64,000 nt of DNA from Chamaesiphon sp. (GTDB lineage Bacteria; Cyanobacteriota; Cyanobacteriia; Cyanobacteriales; Chamaesiphonaceae), in contig CBDFFH010000044.1 in NCBI GenBank assembly GCA_965246715.1, forward strand, positions 1-64,000. The letters run 5' to 3'. Every line of letters begins with the position of its first letter. Within the stretch, counting starts at the first letter, position 1. Below the pieces are notes generated by a model that was not told the origin of the DNA, made no database searches, and saw only the letters and a list, made by a program, of their open reading frames with translations. Made by a program: the position numbers and the translations under genes. Positions 19,637 to 29,681 of the stretch are shown here, in pieces.

Positions 19637-21716
19637 TCATATCGGCATCCGATAGCGGGCTAATCGTTTGACGATCGAGATCGCCACCCATGTGACGAGC
19701 GTTGAGATCGTGCCGATGGCAATGGGTGCTCCTTGCCCGAAAGTGAGTAGTACCCAAGCAAGGGCGAGTTGAGAGCCGATCGTCAGTGGTACCAACAGCC
19801 ACCATTTCGCACGCCAAGCAGCAATGGCAGCAAGCGTAGACCACAAAGACCATCCAGAGCCAGATGCGACCATTTTCCCAATCAGTATATAAGGGACTTG
19901 GCTGCTTGGGGTCTTTAGCACGAATCGATCGATCGATTGCAATCGCATCTCTGGCTAATGTCGATTTTTCTTCAAATGTCCCAATTAAGATAAATTTGCG
20001 ATCGAATAGTTGTTGAATTGCTGGCAAAGATAGTTGTGAGATCTGAGTGTAAGTAGTCTGATTTATTCGATCTAATAAGTATGGGTTTAATCTCATTACC
20101 TGCTGGGAAATTTTTGGCATTTTCATCAGATCTTGCAGTCGATCGAGTGTTGTTGGCTCGCCACACTTAGATTGTTGGAGTGAATAAGCGGTGGTTAGAT
20201 CTGTCGGCGGATCGCCTTGTCGATCGCACACTATAATATTCGTGCCATTAATACTGTTACGATCGAAGTCAGCTTCTATCAGCCAAACTATCGGTTTAAC
20301 TTGTCGTTCGATTCGATCGATCGTCTCTTTCAAAGCAGTAGGATCGTTGATTCGCCCTGAAAGTGCCAATTCATCATAATTAACCAGCGTAACTTGCGAA
20401 CTGCCCGGAGTAATTTGTGAGGCTTGCAGAAACTGGACTCGATCGATCGCCGATTCCTGCAATCCATTAATTAATGGTACGGATTGCAGCAACAAGGATA
20501 AGATCCCAACTAATAGACTTACGCCCACAGCAGTCCAAAGCTGACGTTTTGGATGGCTTAGATAACGACAAAATTTAACGGCAGACTGCGGTACGGGAAT
20601 GCTAACTGCTGGCTGGCACAAATCCTGCCAAGTTACATCTTGGCTGAGTGGATTGTGGAATAGTACTGGCAACCAATCGGCAAATTTCGCAAAGATACTT
20701 TCAGATAAAATCAATCGCTCTCTGGCATACCTAAAAGCGGCAGGAAAACTCTTACCCTGACTGTATTCCTCCAAGAGATCTACTAGAAATTGTTGGGCAA
20801 CTCGATCGGGTATTTTCTCCCGCATGACGATAATATATGGCAGATTGACATCGCTCAATTGCTCTGCCAATCCTAGCCCGCGACAACAATTAAAAATTGC
20901 GATCTGTAACCCCCGATCTACTGCACGTTCGATTGCTATTTTCAGTTGACCGATCTCGATCGAGGTGGCTGCATTTAAATAAATAATGCCTTCACGATAA
21001 TCGCTCGAATTATCTTCCACAGTATCGCCGTGCCCATTAAAAATGAAGATATCCCACGGCTTATTTTGGGTTAAGGTATCGGCAATTTCATGCGCCGAGT
21101 TAGTCGTTAAAATTCGCGCTCTACTTTGGGGTAATGTATGCAGGAAATCTGGATTGAGTTCCAGTTGGGGATCTTGTCCGAACAAGCCCAGCATATCTAC
21201 TCGCCCCGTCCGTTGTGGTTTGAGATTGGCAACATGAGTAAATCTGGGCTTACAGAATACTTCAACAGCATGTGGATAAGTGGTGAAAAAGTCCCAAAAA
21301 TGCCAAGGTAATTGCCAAATATTCTGACAATCGGAGACAATCGCGATCGTAATTCGATCTTGAGGATTTAATTCAGAGCGAACCCGCTTGATAATTTGGT
21401 TGAAATCCGCCCCATCGAGCCAGTGATTGAGAGATTGTCTCAAATTAGAGTTCAATTTTTGGATATCTTGTCTCGAAATATTAGTAACCGCTGCATCTTC
21501 AAAAACCACCGATCGATCGCGACCCAAATTAGATATTGTTAATACGGCAGGATATACTAGTTGCCATTGCTTCAATAAGTCTCGTAACTCTGGAGCTGGG
21601 GCTAAACTAGCACGATCTTTCCATTGGGTTCTGCCCTCCTCTTTGAGTTCGACATCGATCGAATTAAATCCAGTTTCTAACCGTCCTTCGCCCAGCCCAA
21701 TAATGACCTCCTTCAT
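19637..21716 (-). CDS. CHAT (caspase-like) protease + TM + CHASE2-like sensor + TM; frameshift near 19845
   Basis: LPWHFW, IFIFNGHG (His), AIFNCCRGLGLA (Cys), IVMREKIPD, WLPVLFHNP; TM; FDRKFILIG; terminal TM helices continue in the 19637..19948 frame. Confidence 0.82.
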
Positions 21717-21729
21717 TAATTTATTTCCC

Positions 21730-22905
21730 TTATGCTATGAATCTTTCAATTATGCGAGCTTGTTGCAACTGTAATTGAATAGTAAATTCCATTCCCACCG
21801 GACAAGTATAAGTAGGTAACTGAATACAATCATCGTTACTTCTTGCCGTTACCGTGCGTAAAGCCGCTCCATAATCGTCTATATAACTTAGTTGTAATTG
21901 AGGTGGCAAGCAGCGGGAGCTAACGCCAGGGTGTACTTGCACTAAGACGCGCATTCGTTCTCGATTTTCTGGAACCACACAAATTAATAACACCACGAGT
22001 TCTTGATGGAGATCGAGTTGGAGATTGATTAATTTAGCCCGTTCGATTGTATTTGGATTGCGTGCTATTCCCAGAGCGGGTCGATCCGCTTGCCAACCAC
22101 TAGCGAGCGCATTCGTAAATTCTTCCCTCAGCCAATCTGACAAGCGAAAACTCGGTACGGGGGCGCGATCGATTATCGATCTTTGAAGTCGCGTTTGATA
22201 TAGTTGCGATCGCAAGTTTGCATTATTCAATAAGCCTCCCCACTGCAAGAAGCTCGATTTCAATCGGGGTGAATATGGCGAAGGAACACTAAGTTCTCTA
22301 ATTAATGCCAAGGCTGAATCTAAATCTAAAGCTGGTAATTCGGGAACGATCGATCTTTCATTCGAGCATAGCTCATGCGCAAGCCAAATAATTTCTAAAT
22401 TAGTAACCACTAAATTACCATTCAAACTATAAGTACGATCGCGATGGTTATATTTCCCCTGCTGCTTAATTGAATTATGGGAGGCAAATCCCCAAATATT
22501 CATCGTTCCCGCATCGCGATCGATCTGTACCCCCAGGTAATAATCGCCCAACCAATTTGGTAAATCGATCCACTCTTGAGGTATTCGCAGTTCATCGCGA
22601 TCGAGATCTTCACTTGGGAGCAAAATTAATCTATTTCTACCAACCTCAATCGCACAACCAGTTACTACATCCCAGATAGTAGTTAATTCTTCAGCAGTAA
22701 AGCTTGATGTATGAACTATTTCTATTTCGTCTAACCAAGATTGAAATATATTCAAACAAAGTTGATTTAATTCAGCATTAGTTAATCCTGTAGGGTTTGA
22801 GTAAATGTTTGGATCTAGTCGAACTCGATCTGTGTCTTCCGAATTCACTTTCAACCAGATCTTTTCTGGCTCTAGAGATTGTAATAGTTCGATATTGACT
22901 GACAT
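21730..22905 (-). CDS. DUF1822 family protein
   Basis: WDVVTGCAI, LRIPQEWIDLPNWLGDYYLGVQI, IWGFASH, LSDWL..F...GWQ, RAKLINL, LPPQLQL. Confidence 0.88.
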   Translation of the reverse strand: MSVNIELLQSLEPEKIWLKVNSEDTDRVRLDPNIYSNPTGLTNAELNQLCLNIFQSWLDEIEIVHTSSFTAEELTTIWDVVTGCAIEVGRNRLILLPSEDLDRDELRIPQEWIDLPNWLGDYYLGVQIDRDAGTMNIWGFASHNSIKQQGKYNHRDRTYSLNGNLVVTNLEIIWLAHELCSNERSIVPELPALDLDSALALIRELSVPSPYSPRLKSSFLQWGGLLNNANLRSQLYQTRLQRSIIDRAPVPSFRLSDWLREEFTNALASGWQADRPALGIARNPNTIERAKLINLQLDLHQELVVLLICVVPENRERMRVLVQVHPGVSSRCLPPQLQLSYIDDYGAALRTVTARSNDDCIQLPTYTCPVGMEFTIQLQLQQARIIERFIA

Positions 22906-22961
22906 AATTTATTCACAATTAAAATATTGACTCGATCGGTAACGTTGACATATTCGACAGT

Positions 22962-24356
22962 TCAATCCATACTTCTTTGTATTATCGATAAAATCCAAAT
23001 CACAAATTCTCGTGCCTTAATTAACCCTACTTCTTCAGGAATAAATCTAAATCGCCAACGATCGCACACTATATCTGTAAATTTAGCGATCGTCTCGTTA
23101 TCTCCTATCCGAGTGGCTTCAATATCTATAACTATCCCCATCAATAACTCTAGATAGTAATCTTTGACACAAGCTGCAATATAGCTAGCAATTTCTTCTA
23201 GTTGTTTAGCGGTTAACGTTTCTACATTTGGTGTTAATTCCAGGGCTAATTGTCCTGCTAATTTAAGGAGCAAACGATCGCGCCGTCGCATTACGGTAGA
23301 TTGATTGCAACCAAGTTCCTTACCTGCTTCTGCTTGGGTCAGATTCAAACCATCTATGAGTACGAAGATAGGATCGGAGCTGTTAGAAAGGAGATGTGCG
23401 ACTCGCTGTCTCAATTCTTGCTGCTGTGCCGTGGTTCCTTGGCTGTCGCTATCGGCAACCGGATCGACATAGAAATCGCCCAAGGTGGCAGTGGAATCCC
23501 CATCTTTATTGACATTTCGATCGAGCGAATCAGCTCGATCGACTGGATCTGTTAAGGATCGTTCGTAGCTGCGTGTGGCATTACCCATAAGATCGAGCGT
23601 ATTTTTAAGACTATCTAGATCGGGGATAGAACTATTGGCTCCATCCACCTGCTCTCTCTGTCGGGCGAGTAATGCCTCATAATGCGCGATTTGCGGATTT
23701 CTGGTTTCAAATAATTTTGCGGCAATGGTTTCTTTGAGATATTGGTGTACCGCTAGCATCTGTTCCAATCGCGATCCTCTCTCTCCAGCCTCAATCAGAG
23801 CCGTTCTCATCCGTGTGGGAGAACAACGAGCTAATAAACCCAAATTGGTGCGGTTAAAATCCTGTCCCAAAATACTCCGCAACCGATCGACTAACTCCCC
23901 TTTGAACTTATTAGGGATATATGCGAGCAGACTGCCAAGCCAATCCTCACTTTGAGGCTCGAAATTTTTTAAAAACCGCTCTGGTTGGCAGAGAATATTT
24001 AACCCTAGAGCATAAATCTCCTCTAGGGTCATGGTGGAGCCATGCTGCTTGACGATCCGGAAAATTGACGCGATATCGGCGTGCGTGCGTTGCTGTCGTT
24101 GGGATAGTAGTAAATTAGCGAGTAAAGCTGCGATCGAGTTGCGTGAATTTGGAGGCAACCGTTCGGGATTGGACTGAAACAATTGCTTGACTAATAGCTG
24201 CGCGATCGCCGTGATTTCTGGATCGGTTGTCTTATCCTCAATCAGCCGCTGAATATATTGCCTCGACTGGTAATCCACATGCCACTGGAGATATGGAGGG
24301 CGATCGATCGATATGGGAAAAGTGAAAAAAACTTTCAAGCTATCGATCTGATTCAT
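22962..24356 (-). CDS. Sigma-70-like (region 4 HTH) regulatory protein
   Basis: LNLTQAEAGKELGCNQSTVMRRRDRLL HTH; SLDRNV..GD..TLGD region-3-like stretch; adjacent to DUF1822. Confidence 0.72.
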   Translation of the reverse strand: MNQIDSLKVFFTFPISIDRPPYLQWHVDYQSRQYIQRLIEDKTTDPEITAIAQLLVKQLFQSNPERLPPNSRNSIAALLANLLLSQRQQRTHADIASIFRIVKQHGSTMTLEEIYALGLNILCQPERFLKNFEPQSEDWLGSLLAYIPNKFKGELVDRLRSILGQDFNRTNLGLLARCSPTRMRTALIEAGERGSRLEQMLAVHQYLKETIAAKLFETRNPQIAHYEALLARQREQVDGANSSIPDLDSLKNTLDLMGNATRSYERSLTDPVDRADSLDRNVNKDGDSTATLGDFYVDPVADSDSQGTTAQQQELRQRVAHLLSNSSDPIFVLIDGLNLTQAEAGKELGCNQSTVMRRRDRLLLKLAGQLALELTPNVETLTAKQLEEIASYIAACVKDYYLELLMGIVIDIEATRIGDNETIAKFTDIVCDRWRFRFIPEEVGLIKAREFVIWILSIIQRSMD

Positions 24357-24607
24357 ACCCGTACATTTTTTTGTAACCGAATTTTATATACTAAGTATTA
24401 TAAAAACGCTAATGGTTCATGTATGTTCTCATTACCGATGGTGATACAAAACTTTACTTTAATCAGAATTATCTACTAAAGTATTTCCCGATCGCTAGCT
24501 AATTTCTCTGGTATTTATAGCCTGGGGGTTAAACTAAGCGATTATCTCACGACAGCCGCTTAGTTTAACTAACCCCAATATTCAAATCGATACACAGCCT
24601 CAGCATT

Positions 24608-24769
24608 CTACTTCCGCTCGGTCAAATTGACAGCAGCAGCAAGAAAATCGTCTTCTGTTACTAAAGGTTCGAGGTATTCGATCTTCATGTCGGCGATTAC
24701 TCGCTTGTGTGCAGCTCGATAGCGAGCAGCTACAATCATCCGCACAATGTTATCTATCACTGCTTTCAT
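24608..24769 (-). CDS. Possible 53-aa hypothetical protein
   Basis: ATG 3 nt after the vapC stop: MKAVIDNIVRMIVAARYRAAHKRVIADMKIEYLEPLVTEDDFLAAAVNLTERK. Confidence 0.35.
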   Translation of the reverse strand: MKAVIDNIVRMIVAARYRAAHKRVIADMKIEYLEPLVTEDDFLAAAVNLTERK

Positions 24770-24772
24770 TTG

Positions 24773-25165
24773 CTAATCATTCCAGAGAACTTCCACCTTA
24801 TAAAGCTCGAACAGTCGATCGGACGTAACGATCGTCATCCCCTCCACTTGTGCTTGAGCGATTAACATTCGGTCGAACGGATCTCGATGATGTAACGGCA
24901 ATCCCCCAGCTTGCAGCGCGTGGTCTGCCCTAATTTCCACCGCTCGCGCACCTAATTGTTGCATCCGACTGGCAAGATAACGATCGAGCGGTTCGGGCAA
25001 AGGTAATTTACCCAAGCCTACCTTAATCCCCAGCTCCCAAACGCTAGCCACCGAAAACCAAATCTCATTACTCTCATCGCTAATTTGAGCGATCGTTTCC
25101 TCCTGTAATCGATCGGGTTCGGCAAACCACCACAACCAGCACTGAGTATCGATTAACAGCTTCAT
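24773..25165 (-). CDS. vapC: VapC family PIN toxin
   Basis: MKLLIDTQ, SVASVWE, HHRDPFDRMLIAQA, TSD. Confidence 0.93.
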   Translation of the reverse strand: MKLLIDTQCWLWWFAEPDRLQEETIAQISDESNEIWFSVASVWELGIKVGLGKLPLPEPLDRYLASRMQQLGARAVEIRADHALQAGGLPLHHRDPFDRMLIAQAQVEGMTIVTSDRLFELYKVEVLWND

Positions 25166-25413
25166 TCGGCTTCACCTTCAAAAGCTGCCAATAAATCCTC
25201 TGGTAACTCGTTAAAGCCTGCTGGGACGGTAAATAAACCGCGATCGCAACCCAAACTTTGACGGCGAGAAGTTGGTCGAGCGAGCGGAACTAACTTAGCA
25301 ACTGGAACACCGCGATTGGAGATGATAATTTCTTCCCCCAGTTCCACCCGCGATAACAGGCGGGATAGCTGGGTTTTGGCTTCATGGATATTAACGGTTT
25401 CCATAATCTGCAA
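25162..25413 (-). CDS. Phd/YefM family antitoxin
   Basis: NIHEAKTQLSRLL..V..GEEIII...G.PVAKLVP; 4-bp overlap with the toxin; start possibly ATG 25404. Confidence 0.92.
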   Translation of the reverse strand: MQIMETVNIHEAKTQLSRLLSRVELGEEIIISNRGVPVAKLVPLARPTSRRQSLGCDRGLFTVPAGFNELPEDLLAAFEGEAE

Positions 25414-25480
25414 GTAAACTAAGTCTTTAAACTAAGTTTAACATAATTAAATTAATTGAGAATTGAGAATTGGGTGTTTA

Positions 25481-25686
25481 GAGGATGTTTGGAAATACGG
25501 AGAGTATAGGATTGTTTCTGGTGGTAACAGTGACTCTAGTAACTCATACGGTTCTAATGTCAATTCAGTGGTGTAGGCTTGATTCATGGCTTCCTCGATG
25601 GCTGTTTAGATTTTGAATTTTATCCAGCTTAACAATTCGAGGCGGCTTTTTTTACTGGTGTTTATTTATACTTTTCAAACATCCTC
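25481..25686 (-). mobile_element. 206-bp MITE derived from the IS5-family element
   Basis: Same TIRs as 10760-11232, TTA duplicated on both sides, retains transposase 5' remnant. Confidence 0.85.
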
Positions 25687-25743
25687 TTAGGGGTAGAATA
25701 AGTGTTGGGGCAGATTAAACCCAACACGAGATCGACGGAAATC

Positions 25744-26103
25744 ATGATTGAAATTAGCAAGGCGGCACTCTCAGAAATTAAGAGAATGCAAAAAGTTCGA
25801 GATCGAGCCGATAGTAAATTGCGGCTCGGTGTTGCCACAGGTGGATGCAAAGATTTTTACTACACGATCGAGCTAGCAAGCGCGATCGATTCAGCAGATA
25901 TTGTCTACGAAACAAATGGTATTTCGATTTTAATCGATCGTCGCCACTTAGAATCACTCGATCGACTCAAGTTAGACTACTCAGAAGACCTAATGGGTGG
26001 TGGATTCCGCTTCCAAAATCCTCAAGCAGCTACTGTATGTGGCTGTGGTAATTCTTTTTCGCTTGCCAACTCCGAAGCCGAAAGATGGCAATTACCGACA
26101 TAG
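25744..26103 (+). CDS. iscA: HesB/IscA family Fe-S cluster assembly accessory protein
   Basis: LRLGV..GGC, LDYSEDLMGGGFRFQNP, CGCGNSF. Confidence 0.88.
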   Translation: MIEISKAALSEIKRMQKVRDRADSKLRLGVATGGCKDFYYTIELASAIDSADIVYETNGISILIDRRHLESLDRLKLDYSEDLMGGGFRFQNPQAATVCGCGNSFSLANSEAERWQLPT

Positions 26104-26157
26104 TTTTTTCCCACTCGATCGCGAGATTATATTGCCGTAAATAATGAAATTAAATCA

Positions 26158-26603
26158 GTCGCTGGACAAACGATCGTCGCTGACGTACCAGTTTCGTATT
26201 TATTATTTCTTGAAAAGCAACTACAAGACGTAAAACATTTGTCGGTTCTTTACCAGTTTTATCGATCGATAAAGATTGGCAACGCGATCCCAATCGTGGT
26301 TGTTATGTCACTATTCCCAAGGAAACTGTCAAAACAAAACGTATTGTCGATTTCGTCGTCGCCTACGAAGCTACAGAGCATCATCCAGCCCAAATCAAAG
26401 AAGTTTCTAAAGATGTTATCGAAGGGGTTTGGAGTTTAATTGATTTCTCTGGAGCACTGCCGCAAGATCGAGTAAATCTCATCCTCAATCGTGTCGATAA
26501 ACTTCAAAAAGCAGTAATTCAAGCAAGGGAAGAAGCTAACAGTAGAGATGTGCAACAGAAACAAGTTGCCACCGCTCTGTTTGGCTATTTATTTGCAGAT
26601 TGA
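26158..26603 (+). pseudogene. 5'-truncated, frameshifted conserved hypothetical gene
   Basis: DVPVSYLLFLEKQL / (shift at ~26235) FVGSLPVL...EATEHHPAQ...FSGALP...VDKLQKAVIQAREEAN...FGYLFAD*. Confidence 0.7.
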
Positions 26604-26832
26604 GCTATAATTATCGATGGGTACAAGTTCATTTTTAGCGCCGGCGGTATACTATTTACCCCAGCATTTTGGAGATAAATGCTGGGGTTTTGAATATCGT
26701 TTGTTAGTACGATCTCGGTTCCTAATCTTTAGTTTTATACTCGCTAGCTACTAGTCACTAGCAAATACCGCACGTACCTAAGAATTACTATATGATTTAA
26801 TCGGCAATAACTTAATGTATTAATATCTGGAG

Positions 26833-27975
26833 ATGATAAAAATCGTTCCGTGGCTCAAATCTCTATTTAGTTCCGATCCAATTGCCCCAGAAATCGTTCG
26901 TGCTAAAGCCTATGAAATGTGGAAAGCACAAGGCGGCGGAACTGTCGATCCCGATGCCAATTGGCAAGCTGCGATCGATCGATTACAATTAGCAGATAAA
27001 CTCAGTCGGCGGAATTTTGTCTTAGAATTAATCAGATTGACGATCGCGAGTCTAAGTACTACTGCTACGATTTTCGGTGGTTCGATTTTATTTCTCAACT
27101 TCTCTCAGGGCGAAAATCGACCGATCGCCGAGAGATTTACGAGATCGATCGAACAATTAGGCAATCAAGCAGAAACGATTAGAATCGGTGGTATTTATGC
27201 CCTCGAACGGATTGCCAAAGATTCGCCACGCGATAGTTGGACGATTATGGAAGTTTTATCATCTTTTATTCGCGGCAATCAAAATATCAAAGGTCAAGAT
27301 CTCGCTACAAAAGTAGCACCAGTCAGGACTGATTCTCAAGCAGCCTTAACAGTAATCGAGCGACGACAAATCGATCTGGAAGACGATACTAAATATTTAG
27401 ATCTCAGTTTCACCAATCTCAATGAAGCGAACCTCATTGGTGCCAAACTCGATCGGGCTAAACTCAATAGTTCGATCCTTACCAAAGCCGACTTACGCCA
27501 ATCCTACCTTAGTTGTGCCAATCTGAGCAATGCTAATCTCAACGGAGCCAATCTCAGTAATGCAAAACTCGATCGATCGAATCTGATTCAAGCAGACTTG
27601 AGTAATACCAACCTCAGTGCGGTAGATTTTAATGAAGCCAATCTGAATAAAGCCAATCTCAGCGATGCCATCCTCGATGGAGCCAAGCTCACCAATGCCA
27701 GCCTGGGTAATACCAATCTCAGTAGTGCGATTTTAATCGGTGCAAATCTCCAAGGTGCGACATTGAGTAAAGCCAACCTCACCAAAGCCGATCTCAGTGG
27801 GGCAAATCTAGATAGTGTAAATTTCAGTGGGGCAAATCTCAATAAAGCTGATTTCCGCAAAGCCAAGAATCTAAATATAATTCAAATTCAACAAGCCCAA
27901 AACTGGATGCTAGCGATCTACGATCCAGAGATCGATCGATTATTAAAAGCCCAACCTATAGTTACTAAATCCTAA
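26833..27975 (+). CDS. Pentapeptide repeat protein with N-terminal DUF2934-like motif and TM helix
   Basis: AKAYEMW...DANWQAA; IRIGGIYALERIA; A(N/D)LS repeats. Confidence 0.88.
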   Translation: MIKIVPWLKSLFSSDPIAPEIVRAKAYEMWKAQGGGTVDPDANWQAAIDRLQLADKLSRRNFVLELIRLTIASLSTTATIFGGSILFLNFSQGENRPIAERFTRSIEQLGNQAETIRIGGIYALERIAKDSPRDSWTIMEVLSSFIRGNQNIKGQDLATKVAPVRTDSQAALTVIERRQIDLEDDTKYLDLSFTNLNEANLIGAKLDRAKLNSSILTKADLRQSYLSCANLSNANLNGANLSNAKLDRSNLIQADLSNTNLSAVDFNEANLNKANLSDAILDGAKLTNASLGNTNLSSAILIGANLQGATLSKANLTKADLSGANLDSVNFSGANLNKADFRKAKNLNIIQIQQAQNWMLAIYDPEIDRLLKAQPIVTKS

Positions 27976-27979
27976 TAAT

Positions 27980-28645
27980 ATGTCCAACCAATCAATCGGT
28001 TTGAGCGATAACCTTTATCAGTATCTAGTTGCTAATTCTGTTAGAGAGCCAGAGATATTAACACGACTCCGTGAGGAAACAGCAGCACATCCATTAGTTA
28101 ATATGCAAATCTCCCCAGAGCAGGGACAACTGATGGGATTATTGGTGCAATTAATCGGTGCTAAGAAATGTTTGGAAGTGGGCGTATTTACCGGATATAG
28201 TTCCCTCATCGTCGCCTTACATCTCCCTGAAGATGGGAAATTAATCGCCTGTGATGTGAGTGAAGAATTTACATCGATCGCGTGTAAATATTGGCAGGAA
28301 GCCAGGGTAAGTAATAAAATCGATCTCAAGATCGCTCCAGCCTTAGAAACACTCGATCGCCTACTGGCAAATGGCGAAGCAGGTACATTTGACTTCGCAT
28401 TTATCGATGCTGACAAAAATAATTATGCAGCTTATTACGATCGCTGTTTGCAGTTAGTGCGTCAGGGTGGATTGATTTTAGTTGATAATGTCCTCTGGTA
28501 TGGCCGAGTTGCCGATCCGATGATGGCTGATGATAAACGCACCCAAGCGATTAAGCAATTAAACCAGCAAATTTATCATGACGATCGAGTTCAAATTAGT
28601 TTAATTCCCATTGGAGATGGACTGACGATCGCCAGAAAGAAATAA
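27980..28645 (+). CDS. Caffeoyl-CoA-type SAM-dependent O-methyltransferase
   Basis: LEVGVFTGYSSL, FDFAFIDADK, DNVLWYG, IGDGLT. Confidence 0.93.
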   Translation: MSNQSIGLSDNLYQYLVANSVREPEILTRLREETAAHPLVNMQISPEQGQLMGLLVQLIGAKKCLEVGVFTGYSSLIVALHLPEDGKLIACDVSEEFTSIACKYWQEARVSNKIDLKIAPALETLDRLLANGEAGTFDFAFIDADKNNYAAYYDRCLQLVRQGGLILVDNVLWYGRVADPMMADDKRTQAIKQLNQQIYHDDRVQISLIPIGDGLTIARKK

Positions 28646-28709
28646 TTGCTTGCCAAATCTCTTCAGACACCAAGATCGATCGCCCGATCGGCAATGTTAA
28701 AATTTCTAG

Positions 28710-29606
28710 ATGAATCAACCACAGTCCAGAAACGAAATTGAAGGACTCATCTATGGGTCGATCGGAATTTTAGTTTTTAGCCTGACGTTACCCGCAACGC
28801 GGCTCGCAGTGGCCGATCTCGATCCGATTTTTGTTGGGTTGGGTCGCGCGATCGTCGCAGCCGGATTAGCATTAATCTTGTTACTCGTCACTCGTCAGCA
28901 ACTCCCACCGCCCAGAGATTTCCCGCGATATTGCATTGTCGTCGTGGGTGTTATTATCGGTTTTCCCTTGCTCTCGGCATTAGCGATGCACGATGCCCCA
29001 GCATCTCATGGAGCGGTGATTACCGGATTACTGCCATTATCGACCGCGAGCTGTGGCGTTTGGCGAGCGGGAGAGCAACCGTCGCGGCAATTTTGGATCT
29101 TTGCGATCGCGGGAAGCACATTAGTCCTAATTTTTGCGTTAATATCTGGTGCTGGTTCGATCCAAATGACCGATTTAGCGCTATTTGGGGCAGTGGCCGC
29201 TGCGGGATTGGGATACGCGGAGGGCGGAATTTTGGCGCGATCGAGTGGCGCGTGGCAGGTAATTTGCTGGGCGTTGGTGCTATCTGTTCCAGTGTTACTG
29301 CCAATCGTGTTGCAACATCTCCCGCAATCGATCGCCGCTGTTTCTGGCACTGCTTGGTGCGCATTTCTATATGTCAGCGCGTTCAGTATGTTTTTGGGAT
29401 TTTTTGCCTGGTATCGGGGGTTAGCACTGGGCGGGATCGCCCGAATCGGACAGATGCAATTACTTCAGCCATTTCTGACGATCGCGGCATCAGCTATATT
29501 ACTCCACGAACCGCTGACAGTGATGACTATTAGCTTTGCAATGGCGACGATTGTTTGTGTCGGGTTAGGACGCAGGGCGACGATTGGCCAAAGCCAAAGC
29601 GGTTAA
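28710..29606 (+). CDS. DMT/EamA family transporter
   Basis: FSLTLPATR, 10 TM pattern, QLLQPF. Confidence 0.9.
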   Translation: MNQPQSRNEIEGLIYGSIGILVFSLTLPATRLAVADLDPIFVGLGRAIVAAGLALILLLVTRQQLPPPRDFPRYCIVVVGVIIGFPLLSALAMHDAPASHGAVITGLLPLSTASCGVWRAGEQPSRQFWIFAIAGSTLVLIFALISGAGSIQMTDLALFGAVAAAGLGYAEGGILARSSGAWQVICWALVLSVPVLLPIVLQHLPQSIAAVSGTAWCAFLYVSAFSMFLGFFAWYRGLALGGIARIGQMQLLQPFLTIAASAILLHEPLTVMTISFAMATIVCVGLGRRATIGQSQSG

Positions 29607-29681
29607 AACCGCTGCTAGTGAAACAAAACCCGCCTACGCGGGTTAAGATCCACAATCGAAGTCTGGCTATGCGGACTGTGA

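Noticed and set aside
27400..27860. 15/30-bp periodic repeats (GCCAATCTC)
   Set aside because: Explained by pentapeptide-repeat coding.
28931..29533. 200-aa overlapping ORF and other shadow ORFs (e.g. 16830-17279, 17526-18008, 44742-45275, 63717-63986)
   Set aside because: They overlap well-supported genes and show no recognisable motifs.
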